40,992 nucleotides of DNA. It comes from Anthoceros angustus. Lineage: Eukaryota > Plantae > Anthocerotophyta. The stretch spans positions 1-40,992 of the forward strand of contig VJWM01000359.1 of assembly GCA_010909165.1 (NCBI GenBank), given 5' to 3'. The number at the start of each line of letters is the position of its first letter. Position 1 is the first letter of the stretch. The position numbers and the translations under genes are program-made. Shown in pieces: positions 1 to 10,230 of the stretch. Below the pieces are notes generated by a model that worked only from the letters and a program-made list of their open reading frames with translations, searched no databases and was not told the origin of the DNA.

Positions 1-944
1 GTATCCCCTTGTTTTAATGCGTTAATCATATTGGCAGAATCACCCGATGAAATTGCGCAGATCGCTGGTGAAAAACATTTACGGCTGGCGATAAGGATGT
101 TTTAAGAATGTTTGAGGTGCAAGCAGTGGAAATGTAAAAGCCTTTATTGAATAGATGTTCTTCAACATCTATGTAATCCGATGAGCTTATTAACGGAAGC
201 CTTTTTAAATCGTCTTTTCAGATATTATTACATTTGATGTTACCTGAATACTTAAAGGTTTTGAGAAGTTTCCTTGTTTCGTTGTAATTACAATTACGCT
301 GTTTCCTGCCCTGGCTCCCCAAATGGAAGCGGCTGCATCCTTTAAGATCGTAATAGATTCTACATCATTAGGGTTTATGTTTATGTCGCCCTCGTATGGG
401 AAATTGTTTTAACACTATTAGCACATCTTTGATCCGTTTATACTACTAAGTCCCTAACGGTTAAGCCATTTTTGTGTGATAGTTTAGGATTAAATAGCAC
501 CGCTTGCAATACCATCCAGCCGTCTTAGAATATTTGTTCCACCTTGCTTGTTTAGCTGCTCATTATTCAAATGTTCAACTGCCCCGTAATTTTATCTCTT
601 GTTAGATGTTGGTATCCAGTCCCCATTATTATTATGTCTTGCATTTCTTGACTGGCCTCAGTCAAATGGATTGTTATTGGTGTTGGGATTTGGTTAATGA
701 CCTGCTTGTATTGATTGTAGCTTATATGAGAAACGATCATCGTATCAATGGTACACTTTTCGTAAAAAAATGTACCATCCTTCGCTCGATATAGTACTTT
801 GTTTTGACTGAATAAAAGATATACTTGCGTTTTCTATTGGCCGCCCATCGGGTGCTAGAATTATTCCAGATACTTTTGTTGGCCGTATGCTTTGAGATTA
901 GAGCATAGAAGTAATTGGAGAATTATAAGAATTTTATTTTGCAT
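1..944 (-). CDS. SusC/RagA family TonB-linked outer membrane protein, N-terminal part (runs off the window)
   Basis: Stitched translation gives signal peptide [22 protein letters not shown], then GTGYQ..R.KITGAV, and the plug motif [42 protein letters not shown]. Several frameshifts. Confidence 0.93.
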
Positions 945-980
945 TGCAGTTTTTGGTTGGTAATACTTTGTTTCTTCCTA

Positions 981-2205
981 TTAGTTCTGCTTCACTACTG
1001 AATATTCAATAGACTTTTCTCCTTCTGTTAAGGATAAGCCTGACTTTTCTAAATCTTTATTATTTGTTTTAGATCCTGGGTATTGCTTAAAGCAATAGTG
1101 TATTTAGAGTTAGAATTTGTTTCGTCGATAACCGGATAGATCAGATAGGAACTAAGTTTAGTTATAATTGTCTTAGAATCGCTATCTACTATTTGAAAAG
1201 AATTAGTAAAGCGAGCTATTTCTTTTTGGACTTGGGGTAATTCCGTTTGCAGATAATTTGAACCAACCCTTAGCAAATAACATCTTTCCAGATAGCTTTT
1301 TTAGTACTTGAATGTTTAGGTATCTCTCTAAATCCGATTTAATGATGGATGGTACATTTTCCAACTTTTTTTGGGATTATCAGTTCGTAACATATCAAGC
1401 TGTCCAATAGCGCTGCTGTTGCCAGGGTATCATCGGCTTCACCTTATCCTGTTGGCTGGCACTTGCATTTCCTCTTTATACGCAGAGTTGAGTAAATAAC
1501 GGGTCGGGTAGTTTACAAGATAAAGACGCATTCTATCTTCAGTCATTTCAAACGCCTCCATTTGTTCCTAATCCATCTTTATAGCCGGATAGAATTGTTC
1601 TAATTGAAATTCGTCGTCATTCCCTCCGTTATTTGCAACAAATAATGGTTTACGATCATAGGTCGGGTTGTCTATTTTCGTTTTAACGATCAGGGGATGA
1701 CCTTGTACGAACTTGCTAATATTTCTTTTGTTAACTCGGTTCCGTCAGTTGTTACCCCGTTTCTATTTATCCATACATAATGAGGTATCAACCTGTGCGG
1801 AAAGCTTTCTTGTAAGGAAGCTTGTTGAAGGCTATAAGGAAGAAAGACGTTCCCCTTTTTAGTGCTCCTCTTTTCTATGAATGAATTTACTGCGGCTTCG
1901 TTATCCCCTCGTATGTATTGATTAAAGAATTACAAGATCTTTGGGATATTGCTTTTGCAGCTCTTCTGCTTTGGAAAACCCCTTGATGCAGGCGGCGCAC
2001 CAGGTTGCCCAAAGTCCAGGATCACTAGCTTGCCTTTCAGCTCGGATAGTCGGATTTTAGAAACGGGTAATTGTAAACGTTGCTTATTTCAAGGTCAGCT
2101 GGTATAGTGTCGCCAATGGTAAGGGGCGAATGTTTGCGGGTGATTGGGCATAAGAATTTGCCACTGCCTTATGGTGGACAGTAAGCAATATATTCGTTCT
2201 CTCAT
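981..2205 (-). CDS. TlpA/redoxin family thiol-disulfide oxidoreductase with C-terminal extension
   Basis: Stitched translation: signal peptide, PLTIGDTIP, LSELKGKLVILDF(W)ATWCAACIKG (CxxC). ORF 1049..1276 is its C-terminal fragment. Confidence 0.88.
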
Positions 2206-2701
2206 TGCAGATTAGATTGTTTTAAGTGCGTTTGTGGGGTATGTGGTTATATCCGGCAAGCTGCGGGCGCACATGAGAAGACGCCCCGCCGCCGGATGAG
2301 GAGGACGGAGCCTAAACCAGGTTCTTTGGCTTGACACGAGCAAAGATGATTTTATGAAGAAGCAGATAAAAGGAATGGAATAGATGTAAGCAGCTCGACG
2401 AAAAGTGTGCCGCATTGGTGGTGTGTATGTTGGAAGTTATGGCGGATACATGAATTTAAGGTGAGGCCCTCTCTTTTTACGGAAGCGTGAGAAAATGCTC
2501 GCCGCTGAAAGATGAAGCCCCACTTAAAAGCAGTGCAATATTTTTCCTGTTTAAACTCATTGCTCAGGTTTCTCACGCTACCGGTAACGAGTAAAGGAAG
2601 TTTACATAACCTCTAACCAAATTTAAGAGTATCCGCTAATATAACAAAAATATAATAAGATATATATGAAATGTTGTTTATATGGATGTTCATTTTGCTA
2701 G

Positions 2702-3174
2702 GTGAAACCATTTCGTAATACAAAGTTAACCAGTAAGATAGGAGCTAAAATAAGGGACCTTAGAAACAAGGCGGGGTTTAGTCTGGATGATGTTGCAGAT
2801 ATGACCGGATTTACCCAAAGCTTATTATCAGCTATTGAAAATGGCTCGAAACTGGTATTTCACATCTAACAGAAATTGCAAAAGCAATTGGCGTTCATCC
2901 TAAAGAATTGGATATGCCATGAGATCAAACCTCGTTATCCGCTAAGCCCACAGCGAAAAGAAAGAAACAGGCTTACTTTTAGAATCACAACGCTGTGCGA
3001 TGAAACCGACTTTTAAAGAACCCAAATTTGTTAGGAAGTGGTTGAGAATTTACGTAGTGAATCTAAAGCAAAGTTAACTTCTGCACCTGTGGCCGTAGTT
3101 TTAAAAAGGCTTGTGGATTCTGGGAAATTAACTTATAAAGTTGGCCGTCAGAATAAATAAGAAAGCGGAAATAA
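2702..3174 (+). CDS. XRE/HTH_3 family transcriptional regulator, divergent from the TlpA-SusC operon
   Basis: GTG start; MKPFRNTKLTSKIGAKIRDLRNKAGFSLDDVADMTGFTQSLLSAIENG...ISHLTEIAKAIGVHPKEL. Frameshifted and absent from the ORF track. Confidence 0.88.
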
Positions 3175-3325
3175 ACTTTAAGTCTGTTCTTTGTTTTAAG
3201 AGGTAGCTTGTTATAGAAATGAATTTGATAGCGAATTGGAAGAGCTAGGAAGAGGATAAGGAACTTACGCAAGCATAGAAAATTGCGCCTGCTGGGTATG
3301 GAAATTAAACTAGTTCCTCAATTTT

Positions 3326-4163
3326 TCAATTTCCCAATGCGGCAATGCTTTTTACAAAGTTTTCTACAACTGGTATCATGGCTGATAAACGTTCTATCAA
3401 TATGTTTAATTCCTGCACTGTTATAGTAAGTCTTCCCTGTACCGGGCATCTACATAGCCTTGCTTTAAAAGCTCAAACAAGTTTTTTCCTGCTTGTCAGT
3501 TTCAGCCCTGAATATATGAAACAGTTCCTCCGAATAAGGTTTGGCCTTGCGGCGCAACTTCCAAAGGTTATGCGTTTTGGGCTTATAGTCGGTAAATACT
3601 AACAGCGTGGCGTAGTAAAGACTTTCAGCCGCCTGATGTAAATTGAACGTTGCGATTTTTAAAGATTCTCTTTGCTGATAAAATTTTGCCCCCTCTACAA
3701 ACTCATCACCTTGCGAAACCATGTATCGAAATAGCGTTGTGCTTTTCCTTCTTCTCTGCGTTGGTCAGCTCTCTTGGTTCTGAAAATTGTACGGTGCCTT
3801 TGTCATACAGCAGTATGCCTCTTCTACTATGTCAATCCAAAAATATTCTCCCATTCCAGCCCTTTGTTTATGTAATCTATCTCATGTATTTCAGGTTTAC
3901 GGGTGGCTTGTAACGTTCCGTTCTGTCACTACCCGGCTTTCCTGGTCGTATGCCTTTCGGGGTTGTCTTTGTTACCCAAAAATCATAATCGCTGATGTAT
4001 TCGTAAGTAATTCCTTTGAAACATACCTATGCTCTACATAAGTGCCTTTGGCATAGCTCCCGAAGAGTATAACCATTTCAGGGTTTACCACTTCTTTGAT
4101 AACCTCCAAGATCCTGTTAATCTCAAACTGTTTTTGCTCCGGTAAATGATGTAGCGTTTTCAT
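3326..4163 (-). CDS. Fused minimal nucleotidyltransferase (MNT)-HEPN domain protein
   Basis: MVILFGSYAKG...SDYDF (MNT motif) followed by FNLHQAAESLYYATLLVFTDYKPKTHNL...GYVDARY (HEPN). Joins ORFs 3972..4163 and 3465..3722. Confidence 0.9.
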
Positions 4164-4177
4164 AGAAGATAAGATTT

Positions 4178-4280
4178 AGGTAGCGCAAGGTTAAAACTGA
4201 CCGGCGTAAAATTACGCATAATTTATTGAATGATAGTGCTTCCGGCATTCGTATGTTTTTATCCCGTATTCTTTAACGGG
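4178..4280. repeat. Diverged ~100-bp direct repeat, copy A, with near-palindrome AAATTACGCATAATTT
   Basis: Aligns by eye to 6615-6716 over its whole length. Confidence 0.8.
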
Positions 4281-4497
4281 GTACACACTGTTTATCACAG
4301 CCGGTATTTATTGCCAGGGTTCATAACAACGATAATTGCCGATGTACCCTTATTCGCGGATAGCTATATCAGGACGTATAGAGTAACAGCAACAGCCGTG
4401 TTCACAATGTTGTCCTGCACCGGCTAATTCTTTTAAGAGAATTAATTTTAGATAGAGAGCAAGCAATAAGCAGCAACAAATTGTTTTTATATCAACT

Positions 4498-4524
4498 ATA
4501 ATCCCCGGTAATACCGGGGATTAT
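4498..4524. terminator. Perfect inverted repeat (terminator-like or operator)
   Basis: ATAATCCCCGGTA-A-TACCGGGGATTAT. Confidence 0.55.
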
Positions 4525-4566
4525 TATAAATCTAATCAAAACCATTAACCATTAAACCTTATCTAT

Positions 4567-6428
4567 GTGCCTTGAAGTGCTTATGGGCTAAGCACATGCT
4601 GTTAATGTGATGGTGGCAGACCCACCGCCGGGGTTGACAGACAACCCCGACAAACCGCTGCTGGTGCTGCTAACCGAAAGGAAGTGGTGCTGAACGAGCA
4701 AGAAAAGGCGGAATCAAATCCGTCAGGTAAACAGAGAGCTGAACGAAAGTGAACCACCGATGACGTATCGTTATAAGGTAAAGACGCTGTTCAAACCAGA
4801 AACTTTCATAGGGTTCAGGAGCAAGGCTTAGGAGCAGTAAACTGTAGCGGACTAAGCAACAGCCGGTATATAGGTGGCAGGAATCTGTTTCAGGCACGGT
4901 AACGGAACAAGGAACTTGCATGAAAGACGATTGAGGAAAGCACAAGCAGTGAACCTGCAAGGCAAATACCGATGTATTCATGCAGGGGCGGATCAGCCCG
5001 TAAGCGATGATGCCCTGTGAAACGGGGAGCAGTGAAGGGGCTGAACAAGTTAGTTTCATTTAACCGACAACTGTAAAAGGGATGATTGATTATTATGAAA
5101 CAAAGGCGCATCCGATCACAAAGAAAATGGTACTGGATGCCTACAAGGAAATCAAAGCAAACGGTAAAGCAGCCGGAGTAGATGGTGTAAGTCTTGAAAA
5201 TATACGGGGAGAAACTACCGCAAACCTGTACAAACTCTGGAACCGGCTAACTTCTGGATATTATCCTGCCAATGTGCGGGAGAAATTGATACCAAAGAAG
5301 ATGGCGGTAACAGGGCGTTGGGAATAGCGACAGTAGAAGACCGTATCGCTCAACAAGTGGTTAAAACGTATCTGGAACCAAAGGTGGATCATACATTCCA
5401 CCCGGACAGTTATGGTTATCGTCAGGGTAAAATGCACACCAGGCCTTACAGAAAAGTTGGAACGTTGCTATCGGCATAATTGGGTACTGGACTTAGACAT
5501 TAAGTCGTTCTTCGATACGATAGACCATGAGTTGATGCTAAAGGCCAGCCGTTATACAAACGACAAATGGATATTGCTGTATGTAGAACGCTGGCTGAAA
5601 GCAGGAACTCTGAAGGAGGATGGTAGCATTGAAACACGAACCGAAGGCTCCGTTCAGGGGTCAGTAATCAGCCCGTTGCTGGCTAATATCTTCTTACATT
5701 TTGTATTTGACAAGTGGATGGAAAAGTATTTTCCAAATACTCCATTTGAACGGTATTGCGATGATGCAATCATCCATTGTAAAAGTGAAAAACAGGCGAT
5801 TCTTATGAAGGAAAAGATAGCAGAGAGAATGAAACAATGCCGGTTGTCACTGAACATGGAGAAAACACATATCGTGTACTGCTGAAGCAAGAACAGAATG
5901 GAGAAGCACAAGAACGTAAGTTTTGATTTCTTAAGGCACACCTACCAAAGTGGTGCAAGACAAAGAATGGAAACATGCTGCTGTTTACACCGGTTATGAG
6001 CCGAAAGGCAAAGAAAAGTGTAACAGCGAAGATCCGGGAAATGGAGATATACAAGTTCAGTGGCAGAATCCAGGAACTGGCGAAGAAGATAAACATGAAA
6101 AACAAGAGGATGGATAAGCTACTATTGTGTATTTAACAAGTGGAAACCGTACACCTTTGGTGGCGTTTGAATTTACGTCTTACCAAATGGGTAGCCAATT
6201 ACAGAAAGATGAACATCAGAAAAGCGGAGAAGTGGAGCGGTATCTACAAACACAAATCCCGGTCTTTTGAGCATTGGAGTTGTCGCACCCATAAGCAAAA
6301 TGTGAAAGGTTGAAAAGTAAGTCACCTGTATAAAGGCACTTATCGTCTGACTTGTGTAAGAGCCGTGATAATGCGAGAGTATTACGTCCGGTTCTGTGAG
6401 AGGCTTGGGCTGAAATGCCTTGCTCAAC
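4567..6428 (+). mobile_element. Group II intron, full length (bacterial class D-like; RT/maturase without En domain)
   Basis: 5' GTGCC (near GUGYG); ~500-nt purine-rich DI-DIII region; IEP ORF; domain V GAGCCGTGATAATGCGAGAGTATTACGTCCGGTTC with AGC triad at ~6360-6394; domain VI ending CAAC at 6428. Ends uncertain by a few nt. Confidence 0.93.
5082..6294 (+). CDS. ltrA: Group II intron reverse transcriptase/maturase
   Basis: KAAGVDGVS, NLYKLWNRL, EDRIAQQVV, SYGYR, WVLDLDIKSFFDTIDH, QGSVISPLLANIFLH, ERYCDD, FDF, then domain X. Joined across frameshifts. Confidence 0.95.
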
Positions 6429-6614
6429 AAAATTAGGCAGGAAGTTAGGTGTTTTTAGGTTATACCCTTGCATGTAAAAACATCCACCATTTACCACCTA
6501 CAGACACTACCCTTTTCTTTTTGAGGGTTTGATAATCTCACATATCCTGCTTCTCTCTAGCCGTTTTGCTGCGGCAAATGTTTCGACGATTTCTTTCGTA
6601 GAACATGAAATTAC

Positions 6615-6716
6615 AGGTAGGATAAGGGTATTAACTGACCAGTATAATATTATGCGTAATTTATTGAGTAAGAATGCGCCCGGCTTCGTATTCTTTTTAC
6701 TCCTATGCTTTAAGGG
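6615..6716. repeat. Diverged ~100-bp direct repeat, copy B, with near-palindrome ATTATGCGTAAT
   Basis: Aligns by eye to 4178-4280. Confidence 0.8.
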
Positions 6717-6794
6717 TCAAAATTTGGCCACTGCACTTACGAAAATAACCCTATAATTTGTTATATTTGTTTGAATTTGATACTTGTACATGCA

Positions 6795-7240
6795 ATGGCA
6801 AAAAAGCATATTGGTAGAAATATCCGGTTCATACGAACGCTACGTGGTATGAAGCAGGAAACCTTGGGAGCTGGGTATCGCACAACAAAATGTATCTAAA
6901 ATGGAAAGAATAAGGAAATAACCGACGAACAGCTTGATCAAGTAGCAAAGGTTTTAAAACTACCGATGCCATTAAGGATTTTGATGAGAACGCCATCATC
7001 AACAATAATATTCTTAATGACCAGGTGAATAATTACAATATTAATCCGTTGGACAAAGTTTCTGAACTGTACGAAATATTAATCAACAGGGATAATGAAA
7101 TTAAAGAGTTGAAGGCTGAACTGGAAGAATACAAAAGCGGTAAAAAGCCAGTGAAAACAGAGGATACCAGCGTAAAACCGATTTTATCGGTAGAAGGGAA
7201 TATGACAAAAGAGCGGCTCAATAAAAATTGTAAAACGTGA
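6795..7240 (+). CDS. XRE family HTH transcriptional regulator
   Basis: MAKKHIGRNIRFIRTLRGMKQETL..LGIAQQNVSKME...NINPLDKVSELYEILI, the typical Bacteroidota XRE layout. Confidence 0.9.
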
Positions 7241-7243
7241 TAT

Positions 7244-7490
7244 ATGAACACAGCGAGCATTAGGGAAAAACTTTATGATTATATAAGGGTGGCCGATGAT
7301 AAGAAGGTGAAAGCTATATTTACCATGCTGGAAGATGATATAACAGAAAAGGCTGAATGGTGGAAGGATAATGCAGTAGTATTGGAACTGAAAGGTTTGA
7401 TGCGTGGGATAGTGGAAAAGAAAAAGGCGCTACACTGGATGAAATAGACGAAGACATAGCACGATTAAAGAAAAACGTGCTGTGAAATGA
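7244..7490 (+). CDS. Putative addiction-module antitoxin
   Basis: MNTASIREKLYDYIRVADDKKVKAIFTMLEDDI...; ATGA overlap with the downstream RelE/ParE gene. Confidence 0.75.
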
Positions 7491-7783
7491 GGGATTATAG
7501 GATTGAAATTTTGGTGAAAGCCCAGGGGAGCTATTGGAGGTGGTACGAGGATCGGCAGGAAGGGTTAGGAGATCGGTTCAGAAACGAAGTGTTTGAAAAG
7601 ATCAGCCAGATTGAAAAAACACCGGAACGCTACCCTGAAAGAAAGAAAAATCTTTTCGGGAGGCCAGGATAGATGTGTTCCCTTACCTTGTGATATATAA
7701 AATTGCAAAGAAAGAAGATAATAGCCGTAGTTTCCATCTTTCACACAAGCCGCAGCCCCAAAAAGAAATATTCAAATCCATAA
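7487..7783 (+). CDS. Type II toxin, RelE/ParE family
   Basis: WYEDRQEGLGDRFRNEV..I..IEKTPERYP...FPYLVIY.....VVSIFHTSRSPKK. Confidence 0.88.
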
Positions 7784-7818
7784 GTTTTATACGAGTTACC
7801 GGATGGTGCAGCATCGCG

Positions 7819-8085
7819 TTAGCGTAATGGCTTGTATAGGTCTTCTACTTCCATCAATAAAAGGGCTATAAATTGGTCATCGCGGTTAGTTTTGCCTGAA
7901 ATATCTACAATAGATTCCAACTTGAAATCGGGTACTATCTCTTCAATCATTGCAAAAAGCTCTTCGGCTTTATACAGGCAGCTAAAAAAAAAATAATGGC
8001 TTATGCTCATGGCTTTCGATAGTGCCGGTGAGATGCTTTTTAGCAAGTGCTTTATTAAATCATCATATTTATCTCGATTAATCAT
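7819..8085 (-). CDS. Hypothetical protein
   Basis: Intact 88-aa ORF with ATG start and protein-like composition; no family recognised. Confidence 0.5.
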   Translation of the reverse strand: MINRDKYDDLIKHLLKSISPALSKAMSISHYFFFSCLYKAEELFAMIEEIVPDFKLESIVDISGKTNRDDQFIALLLMEVEDLYKPLR

Positions 8086-8136
8086 AACTGCACCTGTTAG
8101 GCCGATTAGTTATTTCCACCCCTGTTTCATTATAAA

Positions 8137-8367
8137 TTAATGGTAATAAAATAGTGCGCTACCGCCTTCTGTATGGGTAAAATAAGGATTTGATACCTGT
8201 TGTTGTTTTCTCTTACAACTACATTGGCCCGGGAGTAGGCAGGAAACGATCAGGTGAAAAGAAACAACGCCGAAAGAACCCCCAAAACAAGAGCAAAAAT
8301 GATGTTTAGCTTTAATCTCTTTCCATTTACTTTTAAGGTCTGATGGTTGCGGCTCATTTAATAGCAT
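8137..8367 (-). CDS. Hypothetical protein (probably frameshifted)
   Basis: ATG preceded by an A-rich AAACCATAATAAACCTT start context; co-oriented with 7819..8085. Confidence 0.4.
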   Translation of the reverse strand: MLLNEPQPSDLKSKWKEIKAKHHFCSCFGGSFGVVSFHLIVSCLLPGQCSCKRKQQQVSNPYFTHTEGGSALFYYH

Positions 8368-8704
8368 AAGGTTTATTATGGTTTAAGCGGTCAGGTAATA
8401 CACGAAAACCCTATTACGTAGTTACACTTGCCAGCATTAGCTACTGGCTGATATATGTAAAGGAAGGCGCCGAACGTGTTACTAATTTACGAATGAATGC
8501 AGATTAAATGAATTTCTTTTTGTTTGTTGCTAACCTGATCTTTCATACTTAAATGTGAGCTGCAATGCCAGATTTTTGAAGGTTAGAAATTTCTTTTTTG
8601 TTAGGTATAATTTCCTTTTTGTTACATTTTGTTTATGACTTAGCACAGAGAGTTTGTTAATTAGGCCGTCATTACAATATCTTAAACCACTAGCATTAGT
8701 GAAC

Positions 8705-9558
8705 ATGAAAACTGAAACTGTCCCTTTTTGAATCGCTCCATAGTGAAGTTGAAAAGAAATTACAGGAAATGGAATTAGTTGCGGAATCTACGCAACAGGC
8801 AGCCCGAAATGGGATTAGTGTTATAAAATCCGCTGTGGAGCGATTGCGATTGCACATTATTGAAAATCCGTTTGCAAATGAAGCGGATGAAATTTTCTTT
8901 TAAAGAAGTTAGCCGTTTAACCAGTAAACTAATTTATTTGTTGAAGCTGTACAAGCTGGAAGCCAGTCGTCCTTCGGGAAACGAAAAGCACAAAGGAAGT
9001 TATTAAAAGGGAGCTGCGGAGCTGGAACGCTATTTTAAAATACACGAGCTGCTTTACTAGTACTACTGTACTGGGTCCACACATTTAGATCAGCAGTACT
9101 TTCTACGTGACAGGCTGGATCTGCATGTATTTCCGACCCACAGCTTATTATGTTTGATGCTGATTTCAGTACAGTTGGTGACTATGTGTTTGCCAAGTTT
9201 AAAGCCCATGAAAGGTACGGCCAGTATATATCTGCAGAATTGCGTAACCTTAGCATCCACACGGCTGGCGGTGCTCTTATGTCACCTTCAGGCAAAAAAC
9301 ACTAAAATGGACTGCACCAAAGGCGGCGCTATATGAACTGATATATGCAGTTTTTAGCGACGGGCTGTTAACGAGGGCAACGCCGAAATTAAAGAAATCG
9401 CAAATGTATTTGGCAAAGGGTTTAACGTAGATGTTTCCCAGATTTACAGGGCCGGCCAGGAAATGAGGATAAGGAATAGTCGTACAAAATATTTAAAGCG
9501 GCTTATTGAGCGGGTTGAAAGCCGATGGGACGAACAAGACGAAAATCCACGATATTGA
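8705..9558 (+). CDS. rteC: RteC domain-containing regulator
   Basis: Stitched: FANEADEIFFFKEV, YYCTGSTHLDQQYFLR, FDADFST..DY..AK, LKWTAPKAALYELIYA, GNAEIKEIA, EMRIRNSRTKYL. Confidence 0.9.
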
Positions 9559-9575
9559 AACATTGAATTTAGGAT

Positions 9576-9600
9576 GCCCCGGCACAGTTGGGGCTTTTTT
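9576..9600 (+). terminator. Intrinsic terminator after rteC
   Basis: GCCCCGGC-ACA-GTTGGGGC followed by TTTTTT. Confidence 0.7.
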
Positions 9601-9804
9601 GCCCATGCGCAAAAAAGAAACTGTAGCAGGTATAAAATGTGAAACCGGCACAGTAAAATGAACTATTAACCGCCTGTTAGTGTCGTTTCTGAAAAATTTA
9701 AAGTTTCAACACAAAAATTTAAAAATATTTTCCGTATACGGTATACGGTGTGAAATGAACTTTTAATGAGGCCCATTTTGTGCTGTCATTAAAACAAAAC
9801 GATT

Positions 9805-10230
9805 ATGGTTATTTCTGGGAACTTATTTAAGGGGTGGTTTTGTAGGATTGTATTATGCAACGATATTCCTGCTTTTTTCAGGAAAGGAATAAAGTTAGCT
9901 GGCGGGCATGGGGGCTGAAAGAAAAAGAAAACGGCTGAACAGGTTTTGTTCAGATCAGCAGGCAATAAAGAGAATGAGCCAATTGATGGTGCATACAGCA
10001 CCAATGCATTCACTGGTAGACGAACTACAGGCATACATAAGCCAGGCAGGAAAACAGGATGCAAGCAAGGAAGAGGTAAGCGCATCATTAAAGAATATAC
10101 TTCAGAAATATCCTGCCATTAAGGGATCATTGTTTCAGGAAGGAATTACAAATCTTATAGCGGTAATAAGCGAAAATAATTGCGGTATTCATTTTAGTGC
10201 AGATGAATTATGAGTTGTGGATGTATTGAG
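9805..10230 (+). CDS. Conserved ICE hypothetical protein, first gene upstream of traE (ends approximate)
   Basis: ORF 9908..10213 (HSLVDELQAYISQA...LKNILQKYPAIKGS.FQ..I.NLI) plus an upstream hydrophobic segment from the ATG near 9805. Confidence 0.55.

Noticed and set aside
4230-4427. 65-aa plus-strand ORF (and similarly 6529..6756)
   Set aside because: Both overlap the duplicated non-coding element in unrelated frames and show no recognisable protein features.
4498-4567. Class IIC intron targeting of a terminator
   Set aside because: The hairpin is ~42 nt from the 5' splice site, and domain V is full length with an AGC triad, unlike IIC introns.
4670-5111. Minus-strand ORFs 4670..5059 and 4890..5111, and other antisense ORFs in the track
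   Set aside because: They are shadow frames opposite the intron RNA or well-supported genes.
5082-6294. Retron, DGR or defence-associated reverse transcriptase
   Set aside because: The ORF is embedded in a group II intron RNA with domains V and VI and has maturase domain X; no TR/VR pair or msr-msd was seen.
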